IMG/VR virus record: IMGVR_UViG_3300021963_000030
DNA from: a virus
Direction: 5' to 3' (one strand)
DNA length: 64,000 nt
In this document: positions 54,539 to 64,000 of the stretch, piece by piece
Numbering within the stretch: the first letter of the stretch is position 1
Layout of the letters: each line of letters begins with the position of its first letter
Translations under genes and position numbers: made by a program
Notes under the pieces: generated by a model
The model's database searches: none
Told to the model about the DNA's origin: nothing
The model's input: the letters and a program-made list of their open reading frames with translations, nothing else

Positions 54539-55740
54539 ACAACGACAAAAAAATCTCCCTACTGTTACCTGCAACTGGCGAACCACTACTGATGTATTGT
54601 TGGATGACTAACTTGCAAAAGTATAGTCATCACTTCGACAACATATTTGTATCGGTCGATTGTATGGGTCGATTGAACAGAATGGAGTTCATTTTTATTC
54701 AGAATTATCTCACCAGACTGTATAGAAAGTTTCCTAACCTACGTGACAATAGTGAATATCTGGTTGCGCAACACGGACTCAATATTGATCTATTGTTAAA
54801 CAAGTATGAGCCTGATATCCGAGATAATGTATTGTTGATGGAAGAAGATGACTTTATCATCAATCCAAAGTTTGTCACAGAAAACATCAACGAGTATTTT
54901 GATAAAGGATATGATGTCTTAGGTGTTGGTCGAGGATCAGCAACTCCATATTTGTTGGATACACTTTTGCCTTTGGTAAAACGTAGACCAAATCTTCAAA
55001 TAGATACAACGTTAGCTCCAGACGATTCTGCTATAAGTTTTTGGCCAACTTTCTTTTTGACCAAGAAAAATTTGTTGGTAAAATCGTCAAGAGAATTTTA
55101 TTCCAAAACTTGGCCTGCTGGGTCTGTTATTAAAATCGGAGACGAACAAGTAACTTTGGACAGAGAATGTAGTGGTGATACATTCGTAAGTTATGCTTAT
55201 GAATTGTATGGTAATCCAGAAGTCAAAAAGGTAAAATTATTGTCTAATACACCAGAAAAGTTGTTTACTTCAGAACATGCTTACCCTGTGGATCACTTGT
55301 ATAGAACATATCATTCTAGTCTACATGATAACGAACTATTGGATAAAGTGATACCAACATCGATGGACTTCCACGTTGGTTCTTTATCTACATTCATTTC
55401 AAACAAGTTCTGGAAACCATTCAAAGGTGAATATGAAGAACATTCATACATGAAGGCAATGTATGCACAGAAGTCACAAGAAGGTTCTAACCATAACAAT
55501 CTGTCTATCGTAGAACCGTATCGTAGATGTTTGTTGATGCGAGAGATGTTGAATGCAATCAAAAATCCAAAAGATTTTGAATACTACGACATTTATCAAG
55601 AGAATTTAAACAGAACCATAAACACATACGAAACTGAGAATGATATGGAAGCTATACTGAAAGCATACAATATCAATGGATTGACCGATGGAAAAATTGA
55701 TATTGACAAATATCGAACTATTGCTAAAATGATACTATGA
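54535..55740 (+). CDS. divergent GT-A-like protein
   Basis: ISLLLP, MEEDDFI, WPTFF, GDTF, FHVGSLS. Confidence 0.5.
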   Translation: MNNDKKISLLLPATGEPLLMYCWMTNLQKYSHHFDNIFVSVDCMGRLNRMEFIFIQNYLTRLYRKFPNLRDNSEYLVAQHGLNIDLLLNKYEPDIRDNVLLMEEDDFIINPKFVTENINEYFDKGYDVLGVGRGSATPYLLDTLLPLVKRRPNLQIDTTLAPDDSAISFWPTFFLTKKNLLVKSSREFYSKTWPAGSVIKIGDEQVTLDRECSGDTFVSYAYELYGNPEVKKVKLLSNTPEKLFTSEHAYPVDHLYRTYHSSLHDNELLDKVIPTSMDFHVGSLSTFISNKFWKPFKGEYEEHSYMKAMYAQKSQEGSNHNNLSIVEPYRRCLLMREMLNAIKNPKDFEYYDIYQENLNRTINTYETENDMEAILKAYNINGLTDGKIDIDKYRTIAKMIL

Positions 55741-56615
55741 ACAAAGTTGATTTATTTGTTATATCTAATCCGACGTTTGATAGTCCTCTTATAAGAGACT
55801 TTATTCACAAGTATTATACAAGATTCAACAAAGTATTTTATGTGTTTTCTTACTCGCAAGATTTTAATGAAAATTGGAGACCCTATACCAACTTCATTGA
55901 AAATGACTTAAAAGATAAGTGTGAGATTATATACTCCAGAATGTCTGGAGCATTAAATTCAGACTGGCGTGACGAAGCGGTTCATGAAGTTCTCAAACGA
56001 TCAACAGGTGACTATATTTTTAGTATGGAGCCTGATTTTATTGGTGACTGGGAAAAGATAGTGAATATCATGTTGAATGTAGACTATTCACTATTTTCGG
56101 TGATAGAACACAATCTTACTGGTATAAGAATGTGGCCATCTTTTTGGGGGTGTAAGAAGTCATTGATGTCACAAATAAAATATCTTAATTTTGGTGCTAC
56201 TGTAGATCAACGTGTCAAAGATTTATTTGGTGTTGATTACAATAAACGTTTAAAATTTGATAATGATCAATTGAAGTATCTTAACGCAGATGCTGTTAAA
56301 AACTTCTACAAAGAACACAAAATTATAACCGAAGAAATGTCAGTTCCTCATTTTTACGACCACTTTGATTTGGTGTCTACACAGTTGATGGATATTGTTC
56401 AAGATGATGGAAAACAGTTGTTGTTGCTTGATAGACTGGATGTGTATTTTAAACACTTTGCGGGCATCACCCACGATTATCTGATGATGTATGAACATGG
56501 TCGTAAAGCTAGAAATGGTCCGGCATATAGGCTATTTCATGAACAGTGTATGAAAACAACTGTTCAATTGTTTCCAGAGTGGGTGACCATTTCAAATAAA
56601 ATACTAGAAGAATGA
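55737..56615 (+). CDS. divergent GT-A-like protein
   Basis: MEPDF, WPSFW, DHFD, KHFAG. Confidence 0.45.
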   Translation: MNKVDLFVISNPTFDSPLIRDFIHKYYTRFNKVFYVFSYSQDFNENWRPYTNFIENDLKDKCEIIYSRMSGALNSDWRDEAVHEVLKRSTGDYIFSMEPDFIGDWEKIVNIMLNVDYSLFSVIEHNLTGIRMWPSFWGCKKSLMSQIKYLNFGATVDQRVKDLFGVDYNKRLKFDNDQLKYLNADAVKNFYKEHKIITEEMSVPHFYDHFDLVSTQLMDIVQDDGKQLLLLDRLDVYFKHFAGITHDYLMMYEHGRKARNGPAYRLFHEQCMKTTVQLFPEWVTISNKILEE

Positions 56616-57616
56616 ATTACATCATTATTCCATTTATAAGTTACTCTCATGGTGATAGAAAACTGGGCGAAATGTTGCATGATTATATTTTGTCAAGAAT
56701 ATCTAGATTTCCATGTGATAATTTCATTTTTGTCGGAACATTGATGTCATGGAAAAGTAAGACAGTAAATATACATGGCAAAACTATTGAGTATATAGCA
56801 ACCGGTGCATGTCATCAAGAAAATTTGCAAATCGCAATCGATAAGTTAAACGATGACGATAAATTCATTATATTAGACAGTGACTTGATGATATACGACC
56901 ACAGTATTTTTACTCGTATATTCAATGATTTAGATCAACACGATGTTGTATCAAACATAGATGGGGGTTGCACAATAACTCCCACATATTTTCATACTTG
57001 GCAAAAAGGTCATTTTCCAGAAGATGAATATCGAAATTTCATGTATACATCTCCAATATTTGCGCCAAATGAATTTCGTGGTGGCAGAGGCCGATTTGCT
57101 GCAACTTTGTTTGGATGCACAAAAAAGTTTTGGATGACATATTGTGGTGAAAGTGAACAGTATAATTCACACGAATCCATGGAGATATTTTCCAGAAACG
57201 TTATAAAACACTATCCACATGTAAAGTTTAAAGAGTTGAAGGATTATAGGTTCAACTTGTGGATCAATTTTGAAAATAACACTATTGATAAATATCAAAA
57301 CTCGGACGATTCTAGATGCGATGAAGGTGCTACTAGATCAGGCGAATATTATCACATTAGAAACTTTGGTGAAACTATAAAAACTATAGAATATGTAAAG
57401 TCAAATACATCACATGTTCATTACAATCGACAAGAATCACAACGATTACTTTCGTGGTTCACAATTGTTTTGGAAAAGTTGATAGAAATTGATGCAAGTT
57501 ATTCTGAGTATACTAGTTATATAGACAGAATTCGTGAAGATATAGGTATCTCAAAAGAACTGTTTGACGATTACCAAAATCAATTTAAAGAATTTCATAG
57601 AACTAATATGTTATGA
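56612..57616 (+). CDS. divergent GT-A-like protein
   Basis: YIIIP, ILDSDLMIY (DxD), FAATLF, ESME, YHIRN. Confidence 0.5.
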   Translation: MNYIIIPFISYSHGDRKLGEMLHDYILSRISRFPCDNFIFVGTLMSWKSKTVNIHGKTIEYIATGACHQENLQIAIDKLNDDDKFIILDSDLMIYDHSIFTRIFNDLDQHDVVSNIDGGCTITPTYFHTWQKGHFPEDEYRNFMYTSPIFAPNEFRGGRGRFAATLFGCTKKFWMTYCGESEQYNSHESMEIFSRNVIKHYPHVKFKELKDYRFNLWINFENNTIDKYQNSDDSRCDEGATRSGEYYHIRNFGETIKTIEYVKSNTSHVHYNRQESQRLLSWFTIVLEKLIEIDASYSEYTSYIDRIREDIGISKELFDDYQNQFKEFHRTNML

Positions 57617-58743
57617 GTGAGGTTATAAAACAAAAAACTAGAGCAGTAGGTTTGACATCGATTGGAAATCCACTGACACTTATTGCGTCATTTGAAAAGT
57701 TTAAACGGTTGTGTAAGGGGTATAAAATATATGTGATGTTGAACGTTGCTAGAGAATGTAACAATCCACAAAATATTAAACATCTTACTGAACAAACATA
57801 TAAGATTTGTCAATACTATCAAAAGTTTTTTTCTGAAGTGTTAATCATAGAAAACACCACACGTGATTGGATGACACACGGATTATGTTTGGATACATTA
57901 TTTACGTTGACCACAGAAGATGAAATGGTATTCTTTGAAGAAGATGCTTTCTTGACTGATAAGGTGACGTTTGACAATTGGTTCAATCAACTAAAAGATA
58001 ATCATTTACATTGCGTAGTTGCTCCACAAAATCCAAACAACTTTGGTCAGTTGTTTAGTAAACTGGGTATATTTCATGGTGCTGTAAACATGCCTGGTAA
58101 AGAAAGTATATTCTTTGTGAGAAGAGATATACTAGAGTTGTATGATTGGCCTGCTTTTGATTATATTAAGTGGGAAAATCATTTTGTATATAAACCAAAT
58201 TCACACCTTGAATTAAAGTTTAATGAGGAAATACACTTTGATACATTCGAATTCTTTTCTTTAAACTGTTGGATGAACAAGAGTATCAAGAAGAGTGTGT
58301 ATGAAGAACACAACTTTGACTATTGGGTGAGTGAAGGACGAGGAAACATAGATGAGTTCTTCAGAAAGCACGCTTCTCCACCACCATACATTCATTATTT
58401 CAACGGAGCGTTATTTCAGTATCTAGATTACCACGATAAAGGAAATAGAAAGTTCTACTATGATATGGTGCACGAAGCGCCTCACTTCGGACAGTTTATG
58501 TATCATATGTCTACATTCTTGCTCCACTATTCTATTATGTTAACAATCAAGAAGAGGTATGTGGAAATTTGTGGTATAGAAGAATATAAACGTCACAAAA
58601 AGTCGTTAAAGAACTCAATAACGATGTTGTTCAATTACTTTGGATATTATACAATCAAGAAAAAATTCAAGATGCACTTGTATTTTAAATTTGCTTGTAG
58701 ACACTCAAGAAAAGTTCACTATTTGAGTGAGGAGATTGTATAA
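57613..58743 (+). CDS. divergent GT-A-like protein (paralog of 59930)
   Basis: RAVGLTSIGNPLTLIAS, THG.CLD, FEEDAF, FDTFEFFSL, HYFNGALFQYL. Confidence 0.5.
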   Translation: MSEVIKQKTRAVGLTSIGNPLTLIASFEKFKRLCKGYKIYVMLNVARECNNPQNIKHLTEQTYKICQYYQKFFSEVLIIENTTRDWMTHGLCLDTLFTLTTEDEMVFFEEDAFLTDKVTFDNWFNQLKDNHLHCVVAPQNPNNFGQLFSKLGIFHGAVNMPGKESIFFVRRDILELYDWPAFDYIKWENHFVYKPNSHLELKFNEEIHFDTFEFFSLNCWMNKSIKKSVYEEHNFDYWVSEGRGNIDEFFRKHASPPPYIHYFNGALFQYLDYHDKGNRKFYYDMVHEAPHFGQFMYHMSTFLLHYSIMLTIKKRYVEICGIEEYKRHKKSLKNSITMLFNYFGYYTIKKKFKMHLYFKFACRHSRKVHYLSEEIV

Positions 58744-58759
58744 TAATCTATATATCTTT

Positions 58760-59452
58760 ATGGAAGCAAATTATATCTTGAATTTAATTTTTGATTACAA
58801 AGAATATGCTGTAAGTGCAAGTGCCTCTGCATTCGCTACAATGTTCTTTACCTTCATCAAGTCTCTAAAATCGTCATATCAAAAACATAACTATTGGGTC
58901 AAGTTTTATCAGTTGGTATTAAACAAAAAGCCAGATCTTATTGTTGAGATGGGAATTTTAGAAGGTTATTCTCTATTCAGTTTTGCAAGAGGATGTGTTG
59001 AAAACAGAAAAGGTAAGATCATTGCAATTGATTTATTTGAAGACTATCCATACCATCACGCTAGATACGATGACATCAAATCTAAGTTGGAACATTGGGG
59101 TATGGACAAATGTGTGTATCTTCACAAAGGAGATGCATTAGACTTGGATCTTAAGTTTGATGACAAGTCAATTGATATTCTTCACATCGATATTTCAAAC
59201 ACAGGCGACAAAGTTGAAAAACTGTTGTTGGAGTATAATTCAAAGATGAAAGACGACGGTATTATCATATTTGAAGGTGGTAGTAAGTCCCGAGATAACG
59301 TTCCATGGATGATTGACTACAACTGTGTTCCTATTGCTCCAATTCTAGAAAAAGAAGAATTGACTAGACTTTATGATTTCTTTGTGATAGAAAACTATCC
59401 ATCATTAACAATTTGTTACAAAAAAAATGAACAGTCCAAGATTATTCTTTGA
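58760..59452 (+). CDS. class I SAM-dependent methyltransferase (Methyltransf_24-like)
   Basis: VEMGILEGYS, AIDLF, KGDA, DILHID, IIFEG. Confidence 0.8.
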   Translation: MEANYILNLIFDYKEYAVSASASAFATMFFTFIKSLKSSYQKHNYWVKFYQLVLNKKPDLIVEMGILEGYSLFSFARGCVENRKGKIIAIDLFEDYPYHHARYDDIKSKLEHWGMDKCVYLHKGDALDLDLKFDDKSIDILHIDISNTGDKVEKLLLEYNSKMKDDGIIIFEGGSKSRDNVPWMIDYNCVPIAPILEKEELTRLYDFFVIENYPSLTICYKKNEQSKIIL

Positions 59453-59933
59453 TCTATATAAGATCTACGCCAACTACAAAGATGTTGAAAATCTTGTGGT
59501 TTTGGAATATAACACCACAGGCAAACTGTCTTCACAAATGTGGACACAGATTTTTAAACATATTCATGTCGAGACCGATATAACCAAACTTAACAGCTAT
59601 GAGTTCGACATCTTCTTTTTGAACATCGAAGATTGGTCAACTGCAGAATCTATACTATCCGTTTTAAATTATTCTGTTAGACCCAGAGGGTATCATGAAA
59701 TTATAGTTGCTAATAAAGCAAAATTTTGGCCGTATTTTTTACCAGCACCAAAAGACGGAATTTGTCCAGAAGGTATTTGTCAAAGAGCAAAACTTTGGGG
59801 TGGTGAAGAGGACAAGAGACAACTTTATGTTCAAGGTGATCTTGGACTATTTCCATATAAAATCAAGAGACCTGATCAAACGGTTGTTGCAGAAAGTCTA
59901 GAAAACGAATCGACAATATTTCAGTATAGATGA
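59427..59933 (+). CDS. hypothetical protein, possibly a degenerate methyltransferase fold
   Basis: LVVLEYNTTG, FDIFFL, VRPRG echo class I MTase motifs. Confidence 0.4.
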   Translation: MNSPRLFFDLYKIYANYKDVENLVVLEYNTTGKLSSQMWTQIFKHIHVETDITKLNSYEFDIFFLNIEDWSTAESILSVLNYSVRPRGYHEIIVANKAKFWPYFLPAPKDGICPEGICQRAKLWGGEEDKRQLYVQGDLGLFPYKIKRPDQTVVAESLENESTIFQYR

Positions 59934-61060
59934 ATGACGGTTCTAGAGCAGTGGGGCTTACTACTCTCGGTAACCCTCTTACATTGATCGCATCGTTGGA
60001 TAGACTTAGTAAGTTGTGTCCACAATACAAACTTTACATTTGTCTTAATCCACAACGAGAATACATTTCTGCGGAACAATTGCAGTATATCTATGACGTA
60101 TCCTATAAAGTGATACGTTCATACGAACATTTATTCAAAGAGATTGTTGTAATTGAAGCACATTACAAAGCATGGTGGGGAACACCTTTATGGGCTACCC
60201 ATGGTTTTTGTATGGACTCAATTTTGTTTTTATCTGAAGAACAAAATATAGTCATATTTGAAGAAGACGCTTTTGTATTTGATAGAGAATTGTTTTACAA
60301 TTGGTTTGACAAACTCAACGACGTTCATGTTGTATGTGGTATGAATCGTGTTACTCCAAACAACTGTGATGTATTTGAAAAGATTCGTTTGTTTTCATGT
60401 GTTCCAGATGTTCCTGGTCCCGGCAAAGAAAGTGTATTATTTGTTAATAAGTCTATAAAACAACATTGGGATTGGATGTCTGTAGACTATGTTAAGTTAG
60501 AAAATGGAATCGATTTTAGACCACAGTTATTGCCTACTTATTTAAACTTCAAACGAGAGGTTAGCTTTGATACATTTGAATTTTTCTCATTAATGTGTTA
60601 TTTGAACCCCAACATCAAGATACATTTTTATGAAGAAAATTCTTTTGATTACTGGTGGTTTCAAGGGTTAAGTAAAACACAAGAATTTTACGATAAACAT
60701 AGTCAACTGGATAAATACGTTCATTACTTCAATGGTGCTTTGTTTCAATATCTTGAGTTTAATGATAAGACCAATAGAAAAGTTTATTATGATCGTATCA
60801 TGAAATCAAAGGACTGGTCACCTTTTGTTCATCATTTATCAACGTATATACTAGGTATGGCATTGATACAAACTTTCAAGCAAAAGTATATTGAATTGTT
60901 GGGTAATGAACAATATATAAAGCACAGAAAAGCGTTGAAAAACTATATATTATTATTGATACAGTATTATGGTTATGGACGAATCAATTTGGAGTTCGAT
61001 TTGAATAAATTTGTCAAATTTACATATCGATACGTTCATAAACACCATAGACTAAACTGA
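59930..61060 (+). CDS. divergent GT-A-like protein (paralog of 57613)
   Basis: RAVGLTTLGNPLTLIAS, THG.CMD, FEEDAF, FDTFEFFSL, HYFNGALFQYL. Confidence 0.5.
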   Translation: MNDGSRAVGLTTLGNPLTLIASLDRLSKLCPQYKLYICLNPQREYISAEQLQYIYDVSYKVIRSYEHLFKEIVVIEAHYKAWWGTPLWATHGFCMDSILFLSEEQNIVIFEEDAFVFDRELFYNWFDKLNDVHVVCGMNRVTPNNCDVFEKIRLFSCVPDVPGPGKESVLFVNKSIKQHWDWMSVDYVKLENGIDFRPQLLPTYLNFKREVSFDTFEFFSLMCYLNPNIKIHFYEENSFDYWWFQGLSKTQEFYDKHSQLDKYVHYFNGALFQYLEFNDKTNRKVYYDRIMKSKDWSPFVHHLSTYILGMALIQTFKQKYIELLGNEQYIKHRKALKNYILLLIQYYGYGRINLEFDLNKFVKFTYRYVHKHHRLN

Positions 61061-61062
61061 AT

Positions 61063-61956
61063 ATGAATCCAATTTTTACTTTTGACGAACTTAACGTAGA
61101 GATGTTGAAACAGTTTGATGGGACCAACAATTATTTTAATTGTTCTCATTTGAATGGTAAAACGATATTTCGTAAAGAACATAAACTGAGTAGAGACTTT
61201 CATGCTTGTGATATCGTAGACCAAGATGGGGTCGTATTATTACAAAATTATGCGGATGAAGAATATCACTATAGTTTTGAGGACGCACGTTGGATAGACG
61301 ACAAACATATCAGTGTATGTGTTGCCAAATTTGATATTGAAGATCTTGCTAAACTTGAAGGTGTTCATTTCAAGAAATACAATATCGAAACCAAGAAGTT
61401 GTATCATTATGCAACTAGAAAAGCACACTTTGAAAAACACTGGCAGTTTTATAACAACTACATAATTTATCACGTTAATCCATATACGATTATGGATTCT
61501 TCTGAACAACAGGTATTTGTCAAGAACATCAATTGGAAACCATGGATTGAAAAGTATGGTAATCCAGGACTAAGCACTAACGTATTTGATGTTCATGGAG
61601 AAAAGTTTTTGTTGTATCACAGTTATGTTTATTATGGACCTGCACTCATGAAATACTTTGTGGGACTTATGAAAGTAAAGAACGACCTAACACCAGTTGG
61701 ATATTGCATAAATCCACTGTTGGTGTCTGATCGAAACTATTCAAGTTCTTATGTATTGAATCGCCTGTGGTCTTGGAGAAATACCACACACAGAAATGCT
61801 ATCAAGTATGAAGTGATTTTTCCAATGAATGTGGTGACCGACGATAAATCAATTCACATTTATGGTGGTTTAAACGATTGTTCCGCAGTCAAGATGAGTA
61901 TTGATAAATCCATGTTTGTAGAAAGATTCAAGAGTCAACCATTTATTATTCACTAA
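61063..61956 (+). CDS. five-bladed beta-propeller glycosidase/phosphorylase-like protein (GH130/DUF377-like)
   Basis: FNCS, FEDAR, EKHW.FY, VIFPM, YGGLND. Confidence 0.6.
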   Translation: MNPIFTFDELNVEMLKQFDGTNNYFNCSHLNGKTIFRKEHKLSRDFHACDIVDQDGVVLLQNYADEEYHYSFEDARWIDDKHISVCVAKFDIEDLAKLEGVHFKKYNIETKKLYHYATRKAHFEKHWQFYNNYIIYHVNPYTIMDSSEQQVFVKNINWKPWIEKYGNPGLSTNVFDVHGEKFLLYHSYVYYGPALMKYFVGLMKVKNDLTPVGYCINPLLVSDRNYSSSYVLNRLWSWRNTTHRNAIKYEVIFPMNVVTDDKSIHIYGGLNDCSAVKMSIDKSMFVERFKSQPFIIH

Positions 61957-62020
61957 ATTATAAAGGTAAACTTGAAGATAAATTACGAGAGGGTATATAC
62001 TCCGTGTTATTTGAATATAA

Positions 62021-62599
62021 ATGAGAACTTTGGTAGTAACAAGATATGATGAAAATTTGAGTTGGATTGACAACATCAAAGACGATGTGGTCATTTATAA
62101 CAAAGGTTTTCCCTTACTACCATATGAGTTCAAAGAGTTACCAAACGTAGGTCGTGAGGCGGACAGTATGTTGTATCACATCGTCAACAACTATCATAAC
62201 CTAAGTGATGAACTTGTTTTTCTACAAGGCGATCCATTTGACCACTGTTGGGATCTTTTGAAACTCTTAGAAGAAAATAGAAATGTCGAAGACGTTGTGT
62301 GGTTGGGAAGCAATTGGGGTCCAGTTACAAAAAACTATGACGGTGGACCTGGACATGGTTGTTTTCTACCAATGATAAAGATATCAAAACTATTATTTGA
62401 GAATTGTGACTTTGACAAAAGCACAACGTTCACGTTTTCTGCTGGAGCGCAATATATTGTTCCAAGACACAAGATTACATCCAAGAGTTTAGAGTGGTGG
62501 ATACATGCCTACAAAGTGTTTACAGATAATCTACCTACAACTCCTTGGGTATATGAACGATTGTGGCCGCTGATTTGGAGTTATTCTACAAACCACTGA
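62021..62599 (+). CDS. DUF3431 family protein
   Basis: VVTRYDENLSW, IYNKG, LPNVGREA, FLQGDPFDH, AGAQYIV, WVYERLW. Confidence 0.75.
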   Translation: MRTLVVTRYDENLSWIDNIKDDVVIYNKGFPLLPYEFKELPNVGREADSMLYHIVNNYHNLSDELVFLQGDPFDHCWDLLKLLEENRNVEDVVWLGSNWGPVTKNYDGGPGHGCFLPMIKISKLLFENCDFDKSTTFTFSAGAQYIVPRHKITSKSLEWWIHAYKVFTDNLPTTPWVYERLWPLIWSYSTNH

Positions 62600-63405
62600 T
62601 TACAGTCTTTCATAAACTGTATTTTGTTACTTGTGAACGTAGGATGATAAGTTTTGGGTCTTAGTTTCAATACTTGATCGTGTGTATAATTAACTCCAAC
62701 ATCACTCAATAAATTCAATTGATCTTTTATCGATGTGATATTGAGATTGGTTTGTCTGAAGTATTCGGTCATGATATTTTCATCCAAATTGTTTAACGCG
62801 TCGAAGTGTGGAAAAAATAGTTTAGTATAGTTGTTTATATGGTCTAATGTAATATCTGATTGTCGAACATACATAAATCCTGTGTTTATGATTTGTTCTT
62901 TACCCACCCACTGATATAATGACTCTGGATGATTCAAGCTTGTCGCAGTTCTTATTTGAAGGTAATATTTAAATCCAAACAAAGCAGGTCCATTATGATG
63001 AAACTTACCTTCATAATCAGTCCAGTATATGAGTTCATCAATAAAATCTTCAAATACAATCATATCAGCATCCAACAAACATACACGGTCATTTTGTAAT
63101 AATGTTTGAAACACCACATCGTGTTTTATAAACTGATATACAGCATATGAGTTACTCGATTTATATGTTGCGGCTAAATCTTTATTATCTAAATGTGGAT
63201 TGAGTCTTTCTGATATACTTTCGAACAACATTGGTTTGAACTTTCTGATATCACAGTCTAAGTTTTTAGAACTTATAGATTTGTATGTTAATTCATCCGT
63301 GCAAAATATAATTAAGTCGGTGTGACGGGAGAACTTTTTCAATTGTAAGTATAAATTATGACAGATGTCCGTGTATGCCAGATTTATAAATGTAACCAAC
63401 TTCAT
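62581..63405 (-). CDS. nucleotide-diphospho-sugar transferase (GT77-like, GT-A)
   Basis: TFIN.AY...NLY, LLDADMIVFED, INTGFMYVR. Confidence 0.7.
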   Translation of the reverse strand: MKLVTFINLAYTDICHNLYLQLKKFSRHTDLIIFCTDELTYKSISSKNLDCDIRKFKPMLFESISERLNPHLDNKDLAATYKSSNSYAVYQFIKHDVVFQTLLQNDRVCLLDADMIVFEDFIDELIYWTDYEGKFHHNGPALFGFKYYLQIRTATSLNHPESLYQWVGKEQIINTGFMYVRQSDITLDHINNYTKLFFPHFDALNNLDENIMTEYFRQTNLNITSIKDQLNLLSDVGVNYTHDQVLKLRPKTYHPTFTSNKIQFMKDCNQWFVE

Positions 63406-63421
63406 GTCAATATATATGAGT

Positions 63422-64000
63422 ATGAATGAGGTTACAATAGTTGCTCCTGTTTATTTGGGTAAACCACATCGACTTGAATATTTTGAGACATACATAAAGT
63501 CATGTTTGGCCCAACGTGATTTTGACAAAATGAACTTTGTGTTTATGGTCGAACCTGATGTAATGAATTTTGACTTACTCACAAAGTTACGACTGTATCC
63601 AAATATTCGTATCATGGTCAACCCATACAAATACGGGTTATTGTTGAATCAATATATGACATTGTATTACAGTTTTGAAATACTTGGGCTAGAACACGTA
63701 ATTTATACCGAAGACGATTGTTTGATGTCGAATGATATGTATGACATCACCAAGTTTTATGTCAACTCACAGTATTATGACAACAATACTATACTGACGT
63801 ATTTAAACAAAGATAATTTGGTTGACCCACCACAAAATGATGACGGTAAGGATATACTAGAAGTTAAGTCGAACTTTCATCCAATTAGAACAGGTATGGT
63901 ATACTTTGCTACATGGGGTTACTTATGCACACGTAAAATGTGGTTTGATTGTATGAAGAAGTGGCCACATCAATGGTGTTTCTCTGAACATCTTTTGCCT
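63422..64000 (+). CDS. GT-A-like glycosyltransferase, truncated by the window edge
   Basis: My translation: MNEVTIVAPV...VEPD...IYTEDDCLMSND...FATWGY, open to base 64000. Not in the supplied ORF track. Confidence 0.6.
   Translation, partial: MNEVTIVAPVYLGKPHRLEYFETYIKSCLAQRDFDKMNFVFMVEPDVMNFDLLTKLRLYPNIRIMVNPYKYGLLLNQYMTLYYSFEILGLEHVIYTEDDCLMSNDMYDITKFYVNSQYYDNNTILTYLNKDNLVDPPQNDDGKDILEVKSNFHPIRTGMVYFATWGYLCTRKMWFDCMKKWPHQWCFSEHLLP

Noticed and set aside
1-64000. CRISPR array, tRNA genes, DGR/retron, transposase
   Set aside because: All intergenic gaps are under about 140 nt and were read. No spaced repeats, cloverleafs, reverse transcriptase or transposase motifs were found.
1-64000. Stop-codon reassignment
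   Set aside because: Conserved genes are full-length in code 11, and TAA, TGA and TAG all terminate genes at expected positions.
1-64000. Bacterial chromosome or nucleocytoplasmic giant virus origin
   Set aside because: The T4-like gp32/UvsX/gp41/gp43/gp45/gp44/gp62 set with sigma70 promoters indicates a large tailed phage.
22930-64000. Classical O-antigen seroconversion cassette
   Set aside because: No GtrA flippase, GtrB or polytopic Gtr/Wzy/Oac proteins are visible.

Overview
64 kb of a large T4-like (jumbo-type) tailed dsDNA phage genome. It is about 95% coding, uses the standard genetic code, and shows no tRNA, CRISPR array, intron or intein. All assignments come from motif recognition by eye; no database searches were run. 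(1) 0.7-21 kb is a replication/repair module: short divergent family-A polymerase, gp32-like SSB, UvsX/RecA, 5'-3' exonuclease, gp41/DnaB helicase, class Ia NrdAB, MoxR AAA+ with a HExxH-VWA partner, a DruA/DUF4338-like protein, UvsE, gp62-like subunit and dNMP kinase. (2) 22-31 kb is a minus-strand glycosyltransferase (GT) operon with dUTPase and a short UDP-sugar dehydrogenase, headed by a ribbon-helix-helix regulator with a tandem 8-bp operator. (3) 31-38 kb holds a Cas4-like nuclease, a FecR-like secreted protein, family-B polymerase, sliding clamp and clamp loader. (4) 38-64 kb is an AT-rich glycan-biosynthesis island with about 14 more GT-like genes. The most striking element is at 41-49 kb: a sedoheptulose-7-phosphate cyclase with EEVS-type (AcbC/ValA) motifs, clustered with a kinase, an SDR, two nucleotidyltransferases, a phosphodiesterase, a radical SAM enzyme and GT90/GT61. 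This looks like a phage-encoded route to an activated C7-cyclitol (pseudosugar). Other highlights are a 624-aa protein with T4 prohead-protease-type I/L-x-E sites flanking a nuclease-like domain, a T4 gene-32-like autoregulatory leader, several apparently leaderless transcripts, and a recurrent TATTTAT candidate late promoter.
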